The notes: generated from the sequence alone by a model not told the origin. Shown: positions 9,301-19,728, counted from the first letter of the stretch. The stretch is 64,000 bases of DNA from Verrucomicrobiota bacterium (GCA_050010435.1 JBEKKZ010000003.1:64987-128986); one strand, 5' to 3'. Numbers and translations: made by a program.

Positions 9301-9377
9301 GGAGTGATGGGGTGATGGAGTGGTGCGGCGCTGAAAAAGATTCCCAACCCTCCATTACTCCATTACTCCATTACCCC
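9301..9377. repeat. inverted-repeat element built from GGAGTRAT octamers
   Basis: GGAGTGATGGGGTGATGGAGTGG ... CCATTACTCCATTACTCCATTACCCC. Same family as 28741..28852. Confidence 0.7.
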
Positions 9378-10136
9378 ATGCTTTTGCTTTTCGACATCGG
9401 CAACACGAACACGCACGCCGGACTGGCAAACGGCCGGCGGGTCGTGAAGCAGACCAACCTTCCCACGGCGGGCTGGTTCAACGGCGCGGCGGCGAAGCTG
9501 GTGCGAAAATTCGTTGGCCGCGCCCGGCTCGACGGCGTGGCGCTTTGCAGCGTCGTCCCGCGCGCGACGCCATTCGTTCACCAGACGGCGCGCGCCCTTT
9601 GGAAATTGGCCGTGTTCGAACTCACGCCAAAAACCTTGCGGGGCGTGGGCATTGATTATCCGAAACCGGACACCATCGGTCCGGATCGCCTGGCCAATGC
9701 GGTCGCCGCGCGGCACCGGTTTGGCGCGCCGGTGGTGGTGCTGGATTTCGGCACGGCGGTCACGTTCGACGTGGTCAATCGCGCTGGCGATTACGCCGGC
9801 GGCATCATCGCGCCGGGGCTGGCGGCGATGACGGATTATTTGCACGAGAAAACAGCATTGCTGCCGCGCATCAAAATCCACGAAATCAAAACGAGCATCG
9901 GCAAAAGCACCGAGGAAGCGATGCTGGTCGGCGCGGTCCACGGTTATCGCGGGCTGGTCCGGGAATTGATTGCCGAATTGAAGCGCGAGTTGAAAACAAA
10001 ACGTCTGCCGGTCGTTGCCACCGGCGGTTACGCGAAGCTGATGGCGTCCAAACTGCCGGAGATTTCAGCCGTTGAACCGAATCTGACGTTGGAAGGTTTG
10101 CGATTGGTCTGGCGAGGTGCGTCACCCCGCCGTTAG
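9378..10136 (+). CDS. coaX: type III pantothenate kinase
   Basis: Start ATG 9378 ([16 protein letters not shown]). CoaX motifs [23 protein letters not shown]. Confidence 0.9.
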   Translation: MLLLFDIGNTNTHAGLANGRRVVKQTNLPTAGWFNGAAAKLVRKFVGRARLDGVALCSVVPRATPFVHQTARALWKLAVFELTPKTLRGVGIDYPKPDTIGPDRLANAVAARHRFGAPVVVLDFGTAVTFDVVNRAGDYAGGIIAPGLAAMTDYLHEKTALLPRIKIHEIKTSIGKSTEEAMLVGAVHGYRGLVRELIAELKRELKTKRLPVVATGGYAKLMASKLPEISAVEPNLTLEGLRLVWRGASPRR

Positions 10137-10194
10137 AGTCGGAATTCATTCCGCGATTGCTCCCGTGCTCCGCTTTCCGCAAAATCACGCGCCT

Positions 10195-13068
10195 ATGGCC
10201 AGCGGCCGCAGACAATATCCGTTTCATTTGATCGAACCGAAATGGCAGCAATTTTGGGACGAACAACAGACCTTTCGCGCCTTTAACCCGGGCGAAACCA
10301 TCCCGGACGGGCATCCTTTTGCCCAACGCCATAAGCTTTCCGGCAAGGTGGCCGCAACGCAGTTGCCACCCAAATTTTACATTCTTGATATGTTTCCGTA
10401 TCCCTCCGGCGCGGGCCTGCACGTCGGCCACCCGGAAGGTTACACCGCCACCGACATCCTCGCCCGTTACAAGCGCGCGCAGGGATTGCACGTGTTGCAT
10501 CCGATGGGCTGGGATGCGTTCGGTCTGCCGGCCGAGCAATACGCCGTGAAAACCGGCCAACATCCGCGCAATACCACCGAGGCGAACATCGCCACGTTCA
10601 AGCGGCAGATCCAGTCACTCGGCTTCAGCTACGACTGGTCGCGCGAACTCGCCACCACCGACCCTGATTATTTGAAGTGGACCCAATGGATTTTCCTCAA
10701 GCTTTACAACACGTGGTTTAATCCGGAAACGAACAAGGCCGAGCCGATTGAGACCCTTAAGTATCCGGCGGAGCTGGAAAGTAGCGCAGGCGTCTCGCCT
10801 GCAAATCCAGCCGGGACGGCTGGGCTACTCGAAGCCAAACGCCGCGTCTGGCGCGACTCGAAACGCCTTGCTTATGTGACCAAGGCACCAGTTTGGTGGT
10901 GTGAACAGCTTGGCACTGTTCTCGCCAACGAAGAAGTTGTGGACGGCAAGAGCGAAGTCGGTGGATTTCCTGTTGAGCGCAAACCGATGCGCCAATGGAT
11001 GCTCCGCATCACCGCCTACGCGGAAAAGCTGCTTGCCGACCTCGACACGATTGACTGGAGCAATTCGCTCAAGGAAATGCAGCGCAATTGGATTGGGCGA
11101 AGCGAGGGCGCGGAAGTGGACTTTGCGATTGCTGATTGCCGATTACCGACTGCCGATTCGAAGATTCGCGTCTTCACCACGCGGCCCGACACTTTATTCG
11201 GCGCGACCTACATGGTGCTGTCGCCGGAACACAAACTCGTTGATCAAATTACAACACCGGAACAGCGCAAGGCGATTGCCAAATACCAAATAGAAGTCGC
11301 CAAGAAGTCCGACCTCGAACGCACTGAACTTGCCAAAGAAAAATCCGGTATATTCACCGGCGCTTACGCCATCAATCCCGTCAACAGTAAGAAAATCCCC
11401 ATCTGGATTGCCGACTACGTCCTCGCCACCTATGGCACGGGTGCCATCATGGCCGTGCCGGCGCACGACACGCGCGACTTCGAGTTCGCCACCAAGTTCA
11501 ATCTCCCGATTATCCAGGTCGTCCAGCCACCTGATCCAAAAACCGACTGGCATGGATTTGTGGATGACGGCACTTCGGTGAATTCCACCGGGCCGGAGAT
11601 TTCCATCACCGGCCTGCCGACGGTCGAGGCCAAAAAGAAAATCACGGCATGGCTTGAATCGAAAGGGCTCGGCAAGAAAACCATCAATTACAAATTGCGC
11701 GACTGGTTGTTCAGCCGGCAGCGTTACTGGGGCGAGCCGTTCCCGATTGTCTGGAAGCGCGACGCGAGCGGACTTGGCGGTCAGCCACCATATCACGAAG
11801 CCCTGCCGGAAAGCGCGTTGCCCGTGCTTCCGCCGAAGCTCGACGATTACAAACCCATGCCCGACGGTCAGCCGCCGCTCGCCCGGGCGAAGGATTGGGT
11901 GAACCTGCCCGACGGTTCGCAGCGCGAGACGAACACCATGCCGCAATGGGCCGGCAGTTGCTGGTATTATCTCCGCTATCTCGACGCCAAGAATTCCGCC
12001 GCGTTCGTCAGCAAAGAGGCTGAGCAATACTGGATGGGCACCGCAAGGCCCTCAACTCTCAACCCTCAACCCTCAACCAAATCCACGCCCGGCGTGGATT
12101 TATACGTCGGCGGCACGGAACACGCCGTTCTCCATCTGCTCTACGCCCGTTTCTGGCACAAGGTTTTGTTCGATCTCGGCTGCGTCTCGACGCCGGAGCC
12201 ATTCTTCAAGCTCGTCAACCAGGGACTCATCCTCGGCGAAGACGGACAAAAAATGTCGAAGTCGCGCGGCAACGTGGTGAATCCCGATGACGTTCTCAAA
12301 GAGTTCGGCGCGGACGCGTTCCGCCTTTACGAAATGTTCATGGGCCCCCTCGAAATGGTGAAGCCGTGGAGCACGAAAGGTGTCGAGGGCGTTTATCGTT
12401 TCCTTGGCCGCGTCTGGCGGTTGTTCGTGGATGAAAAGAGCGAAACGGAGTTCGAGCAGGCGGAAACCACTGTCGACACCCGTAGCCGTGGATGTGAATC
12501 CGCGGACTCCCGCGCTTTGACAAGCGCGGCTACGAAGCTGCTGGAGCTGATCAAATTCAGCCCCGCGATCAAAGATGTTCCGGCCACGCCCGCGCAGCTC
12601 AAGACGCTTCACGCCTGCATCAAGAAAGTCACCGAAGACCTCGACGGGATGCGCTTCAACACCGCGATTTCGGCGATGATGGTTTTTGTGAACGACGCGA
12701 TAACGTGGGAGACGAAACCGGCGTCTGTACTGCGTGAGTTTTTGATTTTACTCGCGCCGTTCGCGCCGCATCTGGCGGAAGAATTGTGGGACAAGCTCAA
12801 CTCGTCACTCGTCACTCGTCACTCGTCACTCGCTTACGCTCCTTGGCCAAAGTTTGACCCCGCCTTGCTTGTCGAGGATACGCTGGAGATTCCGGTGCAG
12901 GTCAACGGCAAGCTGCGCGTCGTCATCCGGGTCCCGGCCGACGCCGACAACGCCGCGGTCGAAGCCGCCGCCAGGGCCTCGGAGAAGGTGCAACAATTCA
13001 TCGTCGGCAAGATGATCAGGAAGGTCATCGTCGTGCCGAAGAAACTGGTGAATATTGTGGTGGGGTGA
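10195..13068 (+). CDS. leuS: leucine--tRNA ligase
   Basis: Start ATG 10195 ([21 protein letters not shown]). HIGH-type [15 protein letters not shown] (QKMSKSRGN). 957 aa, long because of four in-frame repeat insertions. Confidence 0.97.
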   Translation: MASGRRQYPFHLIEPKWQQFWDEQQTFRAFNPGETIPDGHPFAQRHKLSGKVAATQLPPKFYILDMFPYPSGAGLHVGHPEGYTATDILARYKRAQGLHVLHPMGWDAFGLPAEQYAVKTGQHPRNTTEANIATFKRQIQSLGFSYDWSRELATTDPDYLKWTQWIFLKLYNTWFNPETNKAEPIETLKYPAELESSAGVSPANPAGTAGLLEAKRRVWRDSKRLAYVTKAPVWWCEQLGTVLANEEVVDGKSEVGGFPVERKPMRQWMLRITAYAEKLLADLDTIDWSNSLKEMQRNWIGRSEGAEVDFAIADCRLPTADSKIRVFTTRPDTLFGATYMVLSPEHKLVDQITTPEQRKAIAKYQIEVAKKSDLERTELAKEKSGIFTGAYAINPVNSKKIPIWIADYVLATYGTGAIMAVPAHDTRDFEFATKFNLPIIQVVQPPDPKTDWHGFVDDGTSVNSTGPEISITGLPTVEAKKKITAWLESKGLGKKTINYKLRDWLFSRQRYWGEPFPIVWKRDASGLGGQPPYHEALPESALPVLPPKLDDYKPMPDGQPPLARAKDWVNLPDGSQRETNTMPQWAGSCWYYLRYLDAKNSAAFVSKEAEQYWMGTARPSTLNPQPSTKSTPGVDLYVGGTEHAVLHLLYARFWHKVLFDLGCVSTPEPFFKLVNQGLILGEDGQKMSKSRGNVVNPDDVLKEFGADAFRLYEMFMGPLEMVKPWSTKGVEGVYRFLGRVWRLFVDEKSETEFEQAETTVDTRSRGCESADSRALTSAATKLLELIKFSPAIKDVPATPAQLKTLHACIKKVTEDLDGMRFNTAISAMMVFVNDAITWETKPASVLREFLILLAPFAPHLAEELWDKLNSSLVTRHSSLAYAPWPKFDPALLVEDTLEIPVQVNGKLRVVIRVPADADNAAVEAAARASEKVQQFIVGKMIRKVIVVPKKLVNIVVG
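10781..10828. repeat. GTAGC...GCTAC REPIN-like element in frame inside leuS
   Basis: 48 nt = 16 codons: GTAGC[GCAGGCG-TCT-CGCCTGC]AAATC[CAGCCG-GGA-CGGCTG]GGCTAC. Near-identical to 22285..22332 and 30926..30974. Confidence 0.85.
12051..12078. repeat. heptanucleotide array (CTCAACY)x4 in frame inside leuS
   Basis: ctcaact ctcaacc ctcaacc ctcaacc, translated as STLNPQPST. The same unit (reverse complement) occurs at 27544..27577 and 63363..63390. Confidence 0.85.
12482..12533. repeat. GTAGCC...GGCTAC REPIN-like element in frame inside leuS
   Basis: GTAGCCGTGGATGTGAATCCGCGGACTCCCGCGCTTTGACAAGCGCGGCTAC, translated as [18 protein letters not shown]. Confidence 0.75.
12800..12833. repeat. heptanucleotide array (ACTCGTC)x4+ in frame inside leuS
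   Basis: Four exact ACTCGTC units plus ACTCGC, translated as [12 protein letters not shown]. Confidence 0.9.
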
Positions 13069-13080
13069 GGCTCTGACTGA

Positions 13081-13160
13081 ATTTACGATATTTGATTTAC
13101 GATTTACGCATTCTCCTGCAATTCACACACCCGCGTAAATTGTATATCGCAAATCGAAAA
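13081..13160. repeat. inverted-repeat element with TACGATT heptamer arms
   Basis: ATTTACGATATTTGATTTACGATTTACGC ... GCGTAAATTGTATATCGCAAATCG, just after the leuS stop. Confidence 0.6.
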
Positions 13161-13199
13161 TAATGAGCCTCCTCACGTCCGCTGCCACATCCGACGGGT

Positions 13200-14132
13200 T
13201 CACGCCTTCTCCGCACTGGCCAGAATTGTCTCAAAGTGTGGCGGCTGTTCCTCGCGCGCCACGATGCTGATTTCGATTTTCTTGAAACCGGCTTCCTCCA
13301 GCCAGCGGTGCAAATCACTTTCGGCAAAACCGGGCCAGCGGTCCCCGTAAAGCTCGCGCGCCTTCCCGAAATTGTGCTTGAGCAGGTCGAGAATCAAAAT
13401 CTGCCCGCGCGGGCGCAGGATTTTGTGGGCGGCCTCAACGGCCTTGGCCGGTTCTTCCGCGTGATGCAACGCCTGGCTCAAAATCACCAGGTCAACACTG
13501 CCGGCTTCAATCGGCGGGTTCTGCAAATCGCCCTGCCGGAATTCCAGGTTTTTCAGCCCGTTCTTCTTCGCCTTGGCCGCGCCGAACGCAACGATTTTCT
13601 CCGAATTGTCCACCGCAATGACACGTTTGCAGCGGCGCGCGAGCAGTTCGCTCAACAAACCCTCGCCCGATCCGAGATCAGCCACGGTCAACGGCGGCAG
13701 AATGCGCAGCAGCAAATGCCCGAAGGCCTGCCACGACCGGCCCGGTCCGTAAACGCGGTCGAAGCGCCCGGCAATCTGGTTGAAATAAACCTGCGCCTGC
13801 TCGCGGCGGCGGCCGAGGATGCGCCTGAGATTAATCTGGTCGCCCGAGTGTTCGGACAATTCCTTCGCGCCGCGGATGGCGAGTTGGATGAATTCGCCCG
13901 TTGTGCCGTCTGTCTGCGGGTTGAGCTTGTAGAACGTCCGCTTGCCCTCGCGCCGCGACTGCACCAGTGCGCAGTCCGCCAGCAACCCCAGATGCGTCGA
14001 AATGCGCGACTGGCCGAGCCGTGTGATTTCCTGCAGCTCGTTCACGGACAACTCGTCGCGCTCCAACAACGCCATGATGCGCAACCGCGTCGGGTCGGAT
14101 AGGGCCCGCAATGATTTCAAGGTGGCGGACAT
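13200..14132 (-). CDS. ArsR-family HTH regulator fused to a SAM-dependent methyltransferase-like domain (SahR-like)
   Basis: Start at ATG 14132 (MSATLKSLRALSDPTRLRIMALLERDELSVNELQEITRLGQSRISTHLGLL = ArsR wHTH). C-terminal class-I MTase fold (VADLGSGEG, VIAVDNS). Upstream ORF-track extension consists of repeat sequence. Divergent from metK-ahcY. Confidence 0.85.
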   Translation of the reverse strand: MSATLKSLRALSDPTRLRIMALLERDELSVNELQEITRLGQSRISTHLGLLADCALVQSRREGKRTFYKLNPQTDGTTGEFIQLAIRGAKELSEHSGDQINLRRILGRRREQAQVYFNQIAGRFDRVYGPGRSWQAFGHLLLRILPPLTVADLGSGEGLLSELLARRCKRVIAVDNSEKIVAFGAAKAKKNGLKNLEFRQGDLQNPPIEAGSVDLVILSQALHHAEEPAKAVEAAHKILRPRGQILILDLLKHNFGKARELYGDRWPGFAESDLHRWLEEAGFKKIEISIVAREEQPPHFETILASAEKA

Positions 14133-14189
14133 AAACAACGTGTGTTTGAAAAATTGTTTGCGCGAGAAAAGCGCCGGAGGCGCGGCAGA

Positions 14190-14350
14190 TGGTAGCCCAC
14201 GGCGTGAGCCGTGGGTGAAAGTAGGGGTATGACGAGCCCCGTCAGGGGCGAAAGAGCCTCTGTCGTTTCCACCTGATTTTCTTCCGCCCCTGACGGGGCT
14301 GGTGATGTATTTTGCATAACCTACCCACGGCTCACGCCATGGGCTATTTT
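14190..14350. repeat. nested-palindrome MITE-like element
   Basis: [CCCACGGC-GTGA-GCCGTGGG] ... [CCCCGTCAGGGGCG] ... [CGCCCCTGACGGGG] ... [CCCACGGCTCACGCCATGGG]. Same architecture as 62049..62200. Confidence 0.75.
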
Positions 14351-14429
14351 CTTTCGCCGCTACGCGGCTGTAACCGTCCTGCGCAGGGCGAAACTCCGAA
14401 CCGCGCGCCAATATTTTCCGAAAAAGCAT

Positions 14430-14475
14430 TTGACGCGCTTCAATTTCTTTATATCATCTTATCTTGATACGTCAA
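14430..14475. promoter_or_regulatory. candidate operator/promoter region upstream of metK
   Basis: AT-rich 70-nt leader contains TTGA-CGCGCT-TCAA (14430..14443), TATCA-N8-TGATA (14452..14469) and TTGA-TACG-TCAA (14464..14475). Function not demonstrated. Confidence 0.25.
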
Positions 14476-14499
14476 TATGACATTTTAACCAATTGATTC

Positions 14500-15669
14500 A
14501 TGAGCAAAAACTTCATCTTTTCATCGGAGTCTGTCGGCGAAGGCCACCCGGACAAGGTTTGCGACACCATTTCCGACGCCGTGCTGGACGCCTGCCTCGC
14601 GCAGGACAAGTTCAGCCGCGTCGCCTGCGAATGCTACGCCAAATCCAACATCGTCATCGTCGGCGGCGAAATCACCACGCGCGCCAAGCTTGACTTCACC
14701 AAAATCGCCCGCGACACCATCCGCGAAATCGGCTACGTGAACGACGATGACGTGTTCCATGCCGACAAGGTGTTCGTGAACACGATCATCACGCAGCAAT
14801 CGCCCGACATCGCGCAGGGCGTGGACGCGCGCAAGGCCAAGGGCAAGAAAACTTCCAAGCAGGGCGCCGGCGACCAGGGGCTCATGTTCGGTTACGCCTG
14901 CAACGAAACGCCCGAGCTCATGCCCGCGCCCATCATGTTCGCGCATCGCCTCGGCCGCGAACTCACCCGCATCCGCAAGACCGGCAAGGTGCCGTGGCTG
15001 CGCCCCGACGCGAAATCGCAGGTCTCCGTCGTTTATGAGAACGACAAACCTGTTGCCATTTCCAACGTCGTCATTTCCACGCAACACAGCGCGGATGTCG
15101 AACACCGCGAAATCGAAAAATTCTGCATCGAACACATCGTCAAAAAGGTTCTGCCCAAACGTCTCCTCACCCGGAAAACCAAATTCCTCATCAACCCGAC
15201 CGGGCGTTTCGTCGTCGGCGGGCCGCAGGGCGATACCGGTTTGACCGGGCGCAAAATTATTTGCGACAGCTACGGCGGCATGGGCCGTCATGGCGGCGGT
15301 GCATTCAGCGGCAAGGATCCGACGAAGGTGGACCGCAGCGCGGCGTACATGGGCCGCTGGGTGGCCAAAAACATCGTGGCGGCGAAACTGGCCGCAAAAT
15401 GCGAAATCCAGTTCGCCTACGCCATCGGCCATCCCGACCCGGTGAGCGTCAGCGTGGACACCTTCGGCACGGCAACGGTTCCCGAAAGCAAAATCATCCG
15501 CGCTGTCAACCGCGTGTTCAGCTTCCAGCCCGCAGACATCATTGACCAGCTCAACCTGCGCCGCCCGATTTATTCCAAGACCACCAACTACGGCCACTTT
15601 GGCAAGAGCGACCCCGCCTTGACGTGGGAAAGAACCGACATGGTCGCCGCACTGAAGAAGGCCCTGTAA
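14500..15669 (+). CDS. metK: S-adenosylmethionine synthase
   Basis: 389 aa. [38 protein letters not shown]. Confidence 0.97.
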   Translation: MSKNFIFSSESVGEGHPDKVCDTISDAVLDACLAQDKFSRVACECYAKSNIVIVGGEITTRAKLDFTKIARDTIREIGYVNDDDVFHADKVFVNTIITQQSPDIAQGVDARKAKGKKTSKQGAGDQGLMFGYACNETPELMPAPIMFAHRLGRELTRIRKTGKVPWLRPDAKSQVSVVYENDKPVAISNVVISTQHSADVEHREIEKFCIEHIVKKVLPKRLLTRKTKFLINPTGRFVVGGPQGDTGLTGRKIICDSYGGMGRHGGGAFSGKDPTKVDRSAAYMGRWVAKNIVAAKLAAKCEIQFAYAIGHPDPVSVSVDTFGTATVPESKIIRAVNRVFSFQPADIIDQLNLRRPIYSKTTNYGHFGKSDPALTWERTDMVAALKKAL

Positions 15670-15707
15670 GTCCTGATACTTGACGCAATACGCAACACGT
15701 AAAAACC

Positions 15708-17174
15708 ATGAGCGCAATCAAACTTTCACCCTCACGCGCCAAAGTCGCCAAAACCAACGGCAACGGCGCCAAGCACGATTACTACGTCCGCGACATCTCG
15801 CTCGCCGACCTCGGCCGCCGCGAGATCGAAGTGGCCGAACAGGAAATGCCCGGCCTCATGTCCATCCGCGCCAAATACGGCCCGCAAAAACCATTCAAAG
15901 GCGTGCGCATCTCCGGCTCGCTGCACATGACCATCGAGACCGCCGTGCTCATCGAGACGCTTGTTGAACTCGGCGCGTCCGTGCGCTGGGCTTCGTGCAA
16001 CATCTTCTCCACCCAGGACCAGGCCGCCGCGGCCATCGCCAAGGCCGGCGTGCCGGTGTTCGCCTTCAAGGGCGAGTCACTCGAGGAATATTGGCAGTTC
16101 ACGCTTAACATGCTCACGCATCCGGGCGGCAAAGGTCCGCAACTCATCGTGGACGACGGCGGCGACGCCACGTTGCTCCTGCACAAAGGCTATGAAATGG
16201 AGCAGGGCGACAACTGGGTCAACACGCCCAGCGACAGCCACGAAGTCACCGTCATCAAAAACCTGCTCAAGAAATGCGCGAAGGAACGTCCAGGCTGGTT
16301 CAAGCAGGCGGTGAAGGACTGGAAAGGCGTCAGCGAGGAAACCACCACCGGCGTGCACCGCCTCTACCAGATGCTCGAAGCCGGCAAACTCCTCGTGCCC
16401 GCCATCAACGTCAACGACTCGGTCACCAAATCCAAGTTCGACAACCTCTACGGCTGCCGCGAATCGCTCGCCGACGGACTCAAGCGCGCGCTCGGCGTGA
16501 TGATTGCCGGCAAGACCGCGTGCGTTTGCGGCTACGGCGACGTGGGCAAAGGCAGCGCGCACTCGTTGCGCGGTTTCGGCGCGCGGGTGATTGTCACCGA
16601 GGTTGACCCCATCAACGCCCTGCAAGCCGCGATGGAAGGGTTCGAAGTGAAGACCGTCGAGGACACGCTGGGCGAGGCCGACATCTACGTCACCTGCACC
16701 GGCAACTGCGACGTTATTACGCTGGAACACATCTTGAAGATGAAAGACCAGGCCATCGTATGCAACATCGGCCACTTCGACAACGAGATCCAGGTTGACC
16801 GCCTGAACAACGCGAAAGGCGTCAGCAAGGTGAACATCAAGCCGCAGGTGGACCGCTACGACCTGCCCGGCGACCGCAGCATTTACCTGCTGGCCGAAGG
16901 CCGGCTGGTGAACCTCGGTTGCGCCGAAGGCCATCCGAGCTTCGTGATGAGCAACAGCTTCACCAACCAATGCCTCGCGCAACTGGATTTGTGGAAGAAC
17001 CGCGACACCAATAAAATCGGTGTCTATCGTCTGCCCAAGAAACTGGACGAAGAAGTCGCCCGGCTGCACCTGGAAAAAATCGGCGTAAAGCTGACCAAAC
17101 TCACGAAGAAGCAGGCCGACTACATCGGAGTGCCGGTGGACGGCCCCTACAAGCCGGAGCATTACCGGTATTGA
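15708..17174 (+). CDS. ahcY: adenosylhomocysteinase
   Basis: 488 aa. [14 protein letters not shown] site [18 protein letters not shown]-terminal KPEHYRY. Confidence 0.97.
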   Translation: MSAIKLSPSRAKVAKTNGNGAKHDYYVRDISLADLGRREIEVAEQEMPGLMSIRAKYGPQKPFKGVRISGSLHMTIETAVLIETLVELGASVRWASCNIFSTQDQAAAAIAKAGVPVFAFKGESLEEYWQFTLNMLTHPGGKGPQLIVDDGGDATLLLHKGYEMEQGDNWVNTPSDSHEVTVIKNLLKKCAKERPGWFKQAVKDWKGVSEETTTGVHRLYQMLEAGKLLVPAINVNDSVTKSKFDNLYGCRESLADGLKRALGVMIAGKTACVCGYGDVGKGSAHSLRGFGARVIVTEVDPINALQAAMEGFEVKTVEDTLGEADIYVTCTGNCDVITLEHILKMKDQAIVCNIGHFDNEIQVDRLNNAKGVSKVNIKPQVDRYDLPGDRSIYLLAEGRLVNLGCAEGHPSFVMSNSFTNQCLAQLDLWKNRDTNKIGVYRLPKKLDEEVARLHLEKIGVKLTKLTKKQADYIGVPVDGPYKPEHYRY

Positions 17175-17187
17175 ATTCTGAATCAAC

Positions 17188-17245
17188 GTAGCCGCGTTTG
17201 TGAAAACGCGGATCGCATTGACCGTGCTTTCACAAGCGCCGCTAC
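17188..17245. repeat. GTAGCC...CGCTAC REPIN-like element (intergenic)
   Basis: GTAGC[CGCGTTT-GTGAA-AACGCG]...[GTGCTTTCACAAGCGC]CGCTAC, 14 nt after the ahcY stop. Confidence 0.7.
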
Positions 17246-17476
17246 AACAAAAGCGGACGGGAAACCATTCGCCTCTTTGCATTTTGTCCTCTTCCGCGAT
17301 TCCCTGACCCTGCCAGACGGCCCTTTGCCGACCATGACCTTTGACCTATTCAAATCGTGACTTCAGGGTCTGTTCGCGGGCCGGCTTAAAGGAGCAGAAT
17401 GGCGGCAGGTATTGGGGCAACCGTGTGGTTGATATCCCAACGCGAACACGAAATCAAATGCGCCGCTTCGGCGGCA

Positions 17477-18322
17477 ATGAATGAAAGAAAAGTTATGAAA
17501 CAATTAATCTACGCACTTCTTGGCGTCGCCGTGATCGGCGGTGGAATCGCATTATCTGCCGTCCGGCAGAAGACCCCGGTGGTTCCTCCGGTCCCAGCCC
17601 GGACTGAATCGTCTCCCAATCCGGCAACGGAAAACAACCCGCCCGTGCAACCGGCGGTTGCAACACCCGTGCCGCCTCAACCGGTTCCGGCGGACACCGG
17701 CGAGTCCAAACCGGTGGTGATTGCGTCCGCGACTGAAGCCAGCGCCAGAGTGGTTGATACCGCCATCAAACAGGCAATCGAATCCCTGCTGTCCCCGCAA
17801 TTAAGCCACGAACAGAGGCGGGACATTTTGAAAAAACTGAACGAGTCCGGCAAACTCGAGCAGGCAATCAGCGAACTCGAGCAGCGGGTGGCCAGCGACC
17901 CGAGCAACGCCGCATATCAGACCTTGCTGGGCCAGGCGAACCTCGAAAAGGCCGTCGCCATGCAGGATGATAGCCCTGACAAGTTCATCCTGGTCATGCA
18001 AGCCATGAAAAGCTTCGACGCGGCATTGAGCCTCGATCCTGCAGACTGGGAGGCACGTTTCACCAGAACCGCAATCCTGTCACACTACCCGGCGGGATTG
18101 AACAAAGGTCAGGAAGTCATCGACCAGTTCACGCAATTGATCAATCAACAGGAAGCGCAGCCGTCGCAGCCACAATTCGCGAAGACCTACGTGTTGTTGG
18201 GCGATCAATACCAGAAGCTCGGTCAAAACGATTACGCCCTGGCAACCTGGCAGGCCGGCGCCCAACTGTTTCCAGGCGATTCGACGCTCCGGAAAAGATT
18301 GACCCAACCGATCGGTCAATGA
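17477..18322 (+). CDS. membrane-anchored TPR-repeat protein
   Basis: Start ATG 17477 (MNERKVMKQLIYALLGVAVIGGGIAL, a TM anchor). Pro-rich linker, then TPR-like helices (AAYQTLLGQANLEKA..., YVLLGDQYQKLGQNDYALATWQ). Confidence 0.6.
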   Translation: MNERKVMKQLIYALLGVAVIGGGIALSAVRQKTPVVPPVPARTESSPNPATENNPPVQPAVATPVPPQPVPADTGESKPVVIASATEASARVVDTAIKQAIESLLSPQLSHEQRRDILKKLNESGKLEQAISELEQRVASDPSNAAYQTLLGQANLEKAVAMQDDSPDKFILVMQAMKSFDAALSLDPADWEARFTRTAILSHYPAGLNKGQEVIDQFTQLINQQEAQPSQPQFAKTYVLLGDQYQKLGQNDYALATWQAGAQLFPGDSTLRKRLTQPIGQ

Positions 18323-18441
18323 CGGACTGTATAACGACGCGAAACTCCAAAAACTGAAACTTGATTGACGTGCGCCGGATAAAAACCGTTGGTGCCCAGG
18401 CCCGGTTTAATCATACTGACGGCGTCATCACTGAAAATGAC

Positions 18442-19728
18442 ATGAACTCAAAATCTATTTCATCGTCCGCCGATTTTAGGGCACCCCTCCCGGGCAGCCA
18501 GTATCGGGGATTCTACATGTTCATTCACGTGCTGATCCTCGTGGCACTGGGGTTAACACTGTACTCGCACTGGGGTCATGATTCAGCAATGCATGGACGG
18601 GCCGATGTCGTCCTCATCGGCCTTGTGGTGATCCAGGTTCTGCTGCTCTTGTTTTTCTTCGTCCTTCCCACTCTCACCCGCTGGCCGGCCTGGCCATGGT
18701 TTCGAGGTCTTCACGGAGGTCTCGTTGAACCCAAACCATCCCTGCGCTGGTGGTGGGTGTACATCGTGGTGAGCGTGGCCATAGTGCTCGCGGAGTCTCG
18801 CATTGACCGCGCTTTTCAGTGGTTTCTGTTTCCTTACGTCTGCAATATCTTTGCACGCCCATTCCGGATCTCGGTGCCCACAATTCTTGTGGTTCTGGCA
18901 GTCTTTCTCCTGAACATGATCGGTTGGAGCAAACCGGCCAAGTGGGATGCGGGGGATTGGTTTTCTGAAGTGTTCGGAGCGGTGGCCTGGCTCTTTCTCG
19001 CGTTTTTCGTCGCCCGAATGGTCGTTACCAGTGCCGAGCGCGGACGGTTGATTCTCGAATTGCAGGCGGCAAAACGCGAACTTGAACTGGCCCGGGAGCG
19101 CGAACTCGAATTGGCCGCGCTCCGCGAGCGCGAGCGCCTGGCGCGCGACCTGCACGACACACTCGGCCATGCGCTCGTCACGCTGACCGTCCAACTGGAA
19201 GCCGTGCAGCGGTTGCAGGCCACCGACCCGGCGCGGGCGGCGGCGCTGCTGGCGGAATTGCAGAAGCTCACCCGTTCCAGCATGGAAGACCTGCGCCGGT
19301 CGCTGGCCAACCTGCGCACTCCGGGTCTCGGCGACCGACCGCTCGCCGAATCGTTGCGAATCTTGTGCGCGGAAGCCGGCAAACGCTTTGGCGCGGCTAT
19401 TGATTGTCGGATTGCCGGCGGCGCTGACGCCTTGCCGCCGGCGGTCGCGGAAGTTGTCTGGCGCGTGGCACAGGAAGGATTGACGAACATCGAAAAACAC
19501 GCTCAGGCTCATCGCGTTACCGTGAACCTTGCATTGCAACCAAAAGAAGTCGTCCTGCGCTTGAGCGATGACGGCGCCGGCCTCCCGCGCGGGGCCGAGG
19601 ACAAGCCGGGCCACTACGGCCTGCGCGGCTTGCGTGAGCGCGTGGAAGGACTCGGCGGTGCCTTCACGGTCGCGGCAGCGGGAACCAACGGCACCATTAT
19701 CGAAGCGCATATTCCTGTAATTGCCTGA
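18442..19728 (+). CDS. sensor histidine kinase (HisKA_3 / NarX-DesK type), polytopic N-terminus
   Basis: Start ATG 18442. Several TM helices. H-box RERLARDLHDTLGHAL. HATPase_c (EGLTNIEKHA, DDGAGL, GYGLRGLRERV). Confidence 0.85.
   Translation: MNSKSISSSADFRAPLPGSQYRGFYMFIHVLILVALGLTLYSHWGHDSAMHGRADVVLIGLVVIQVLLLLFFFVLPTLTRWPAWPWFRGLHGGLVEPKPSLRWWWVYIVVSVAIVLAESRIDRAFQWFLFPYVCNIFARPFRISVPTILVVLAVFLLNMIGWSKPAKWDAGDWFSEVFGAVAWLFLAFFVARMVVTSAERGRLILELQAAKRELELARERELELAALRERERLARDLHDTLGHALVTLTVQLEAVQRLQATDPARAAALLAELQKLTRSSMEDLRRSLANLRTPGLGDRPLAESLRILCAEAGKRFGAAIDCRIAGGADALPPAVAEVVWRVAQEGLTNIEKHAQAHRVTVNLALQPKEVVLRLSDDGAGLPRGAEDKPGHYGLRGLRERVEGLGGAFTVAAAGTNGTIIEAHIPVIA

Noticed and set aside
12051-12833. 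Tandem arrays and reiterated hairpins as a possible CRISPR array
   Set aside because: Units are 7-10 nt with no unique spacers of 25-40 nt and no regular repeat-spacer period. No cas genes are in the window.
14430-14499. SAM riboswitch upstream of metK
   Set aside because: Only ~70 nt of AT-rich leader remain between the repeat element and the ATG. That is too short and lacks the conserved helices of the SAM-I/II/V classes as far as I can see.
14521-17282. 398-aa and 401-aa minus-strand ORFs
   Set aside because: They are antisense to metK and ahcY, both unmistakable. These are shadow ORFs.
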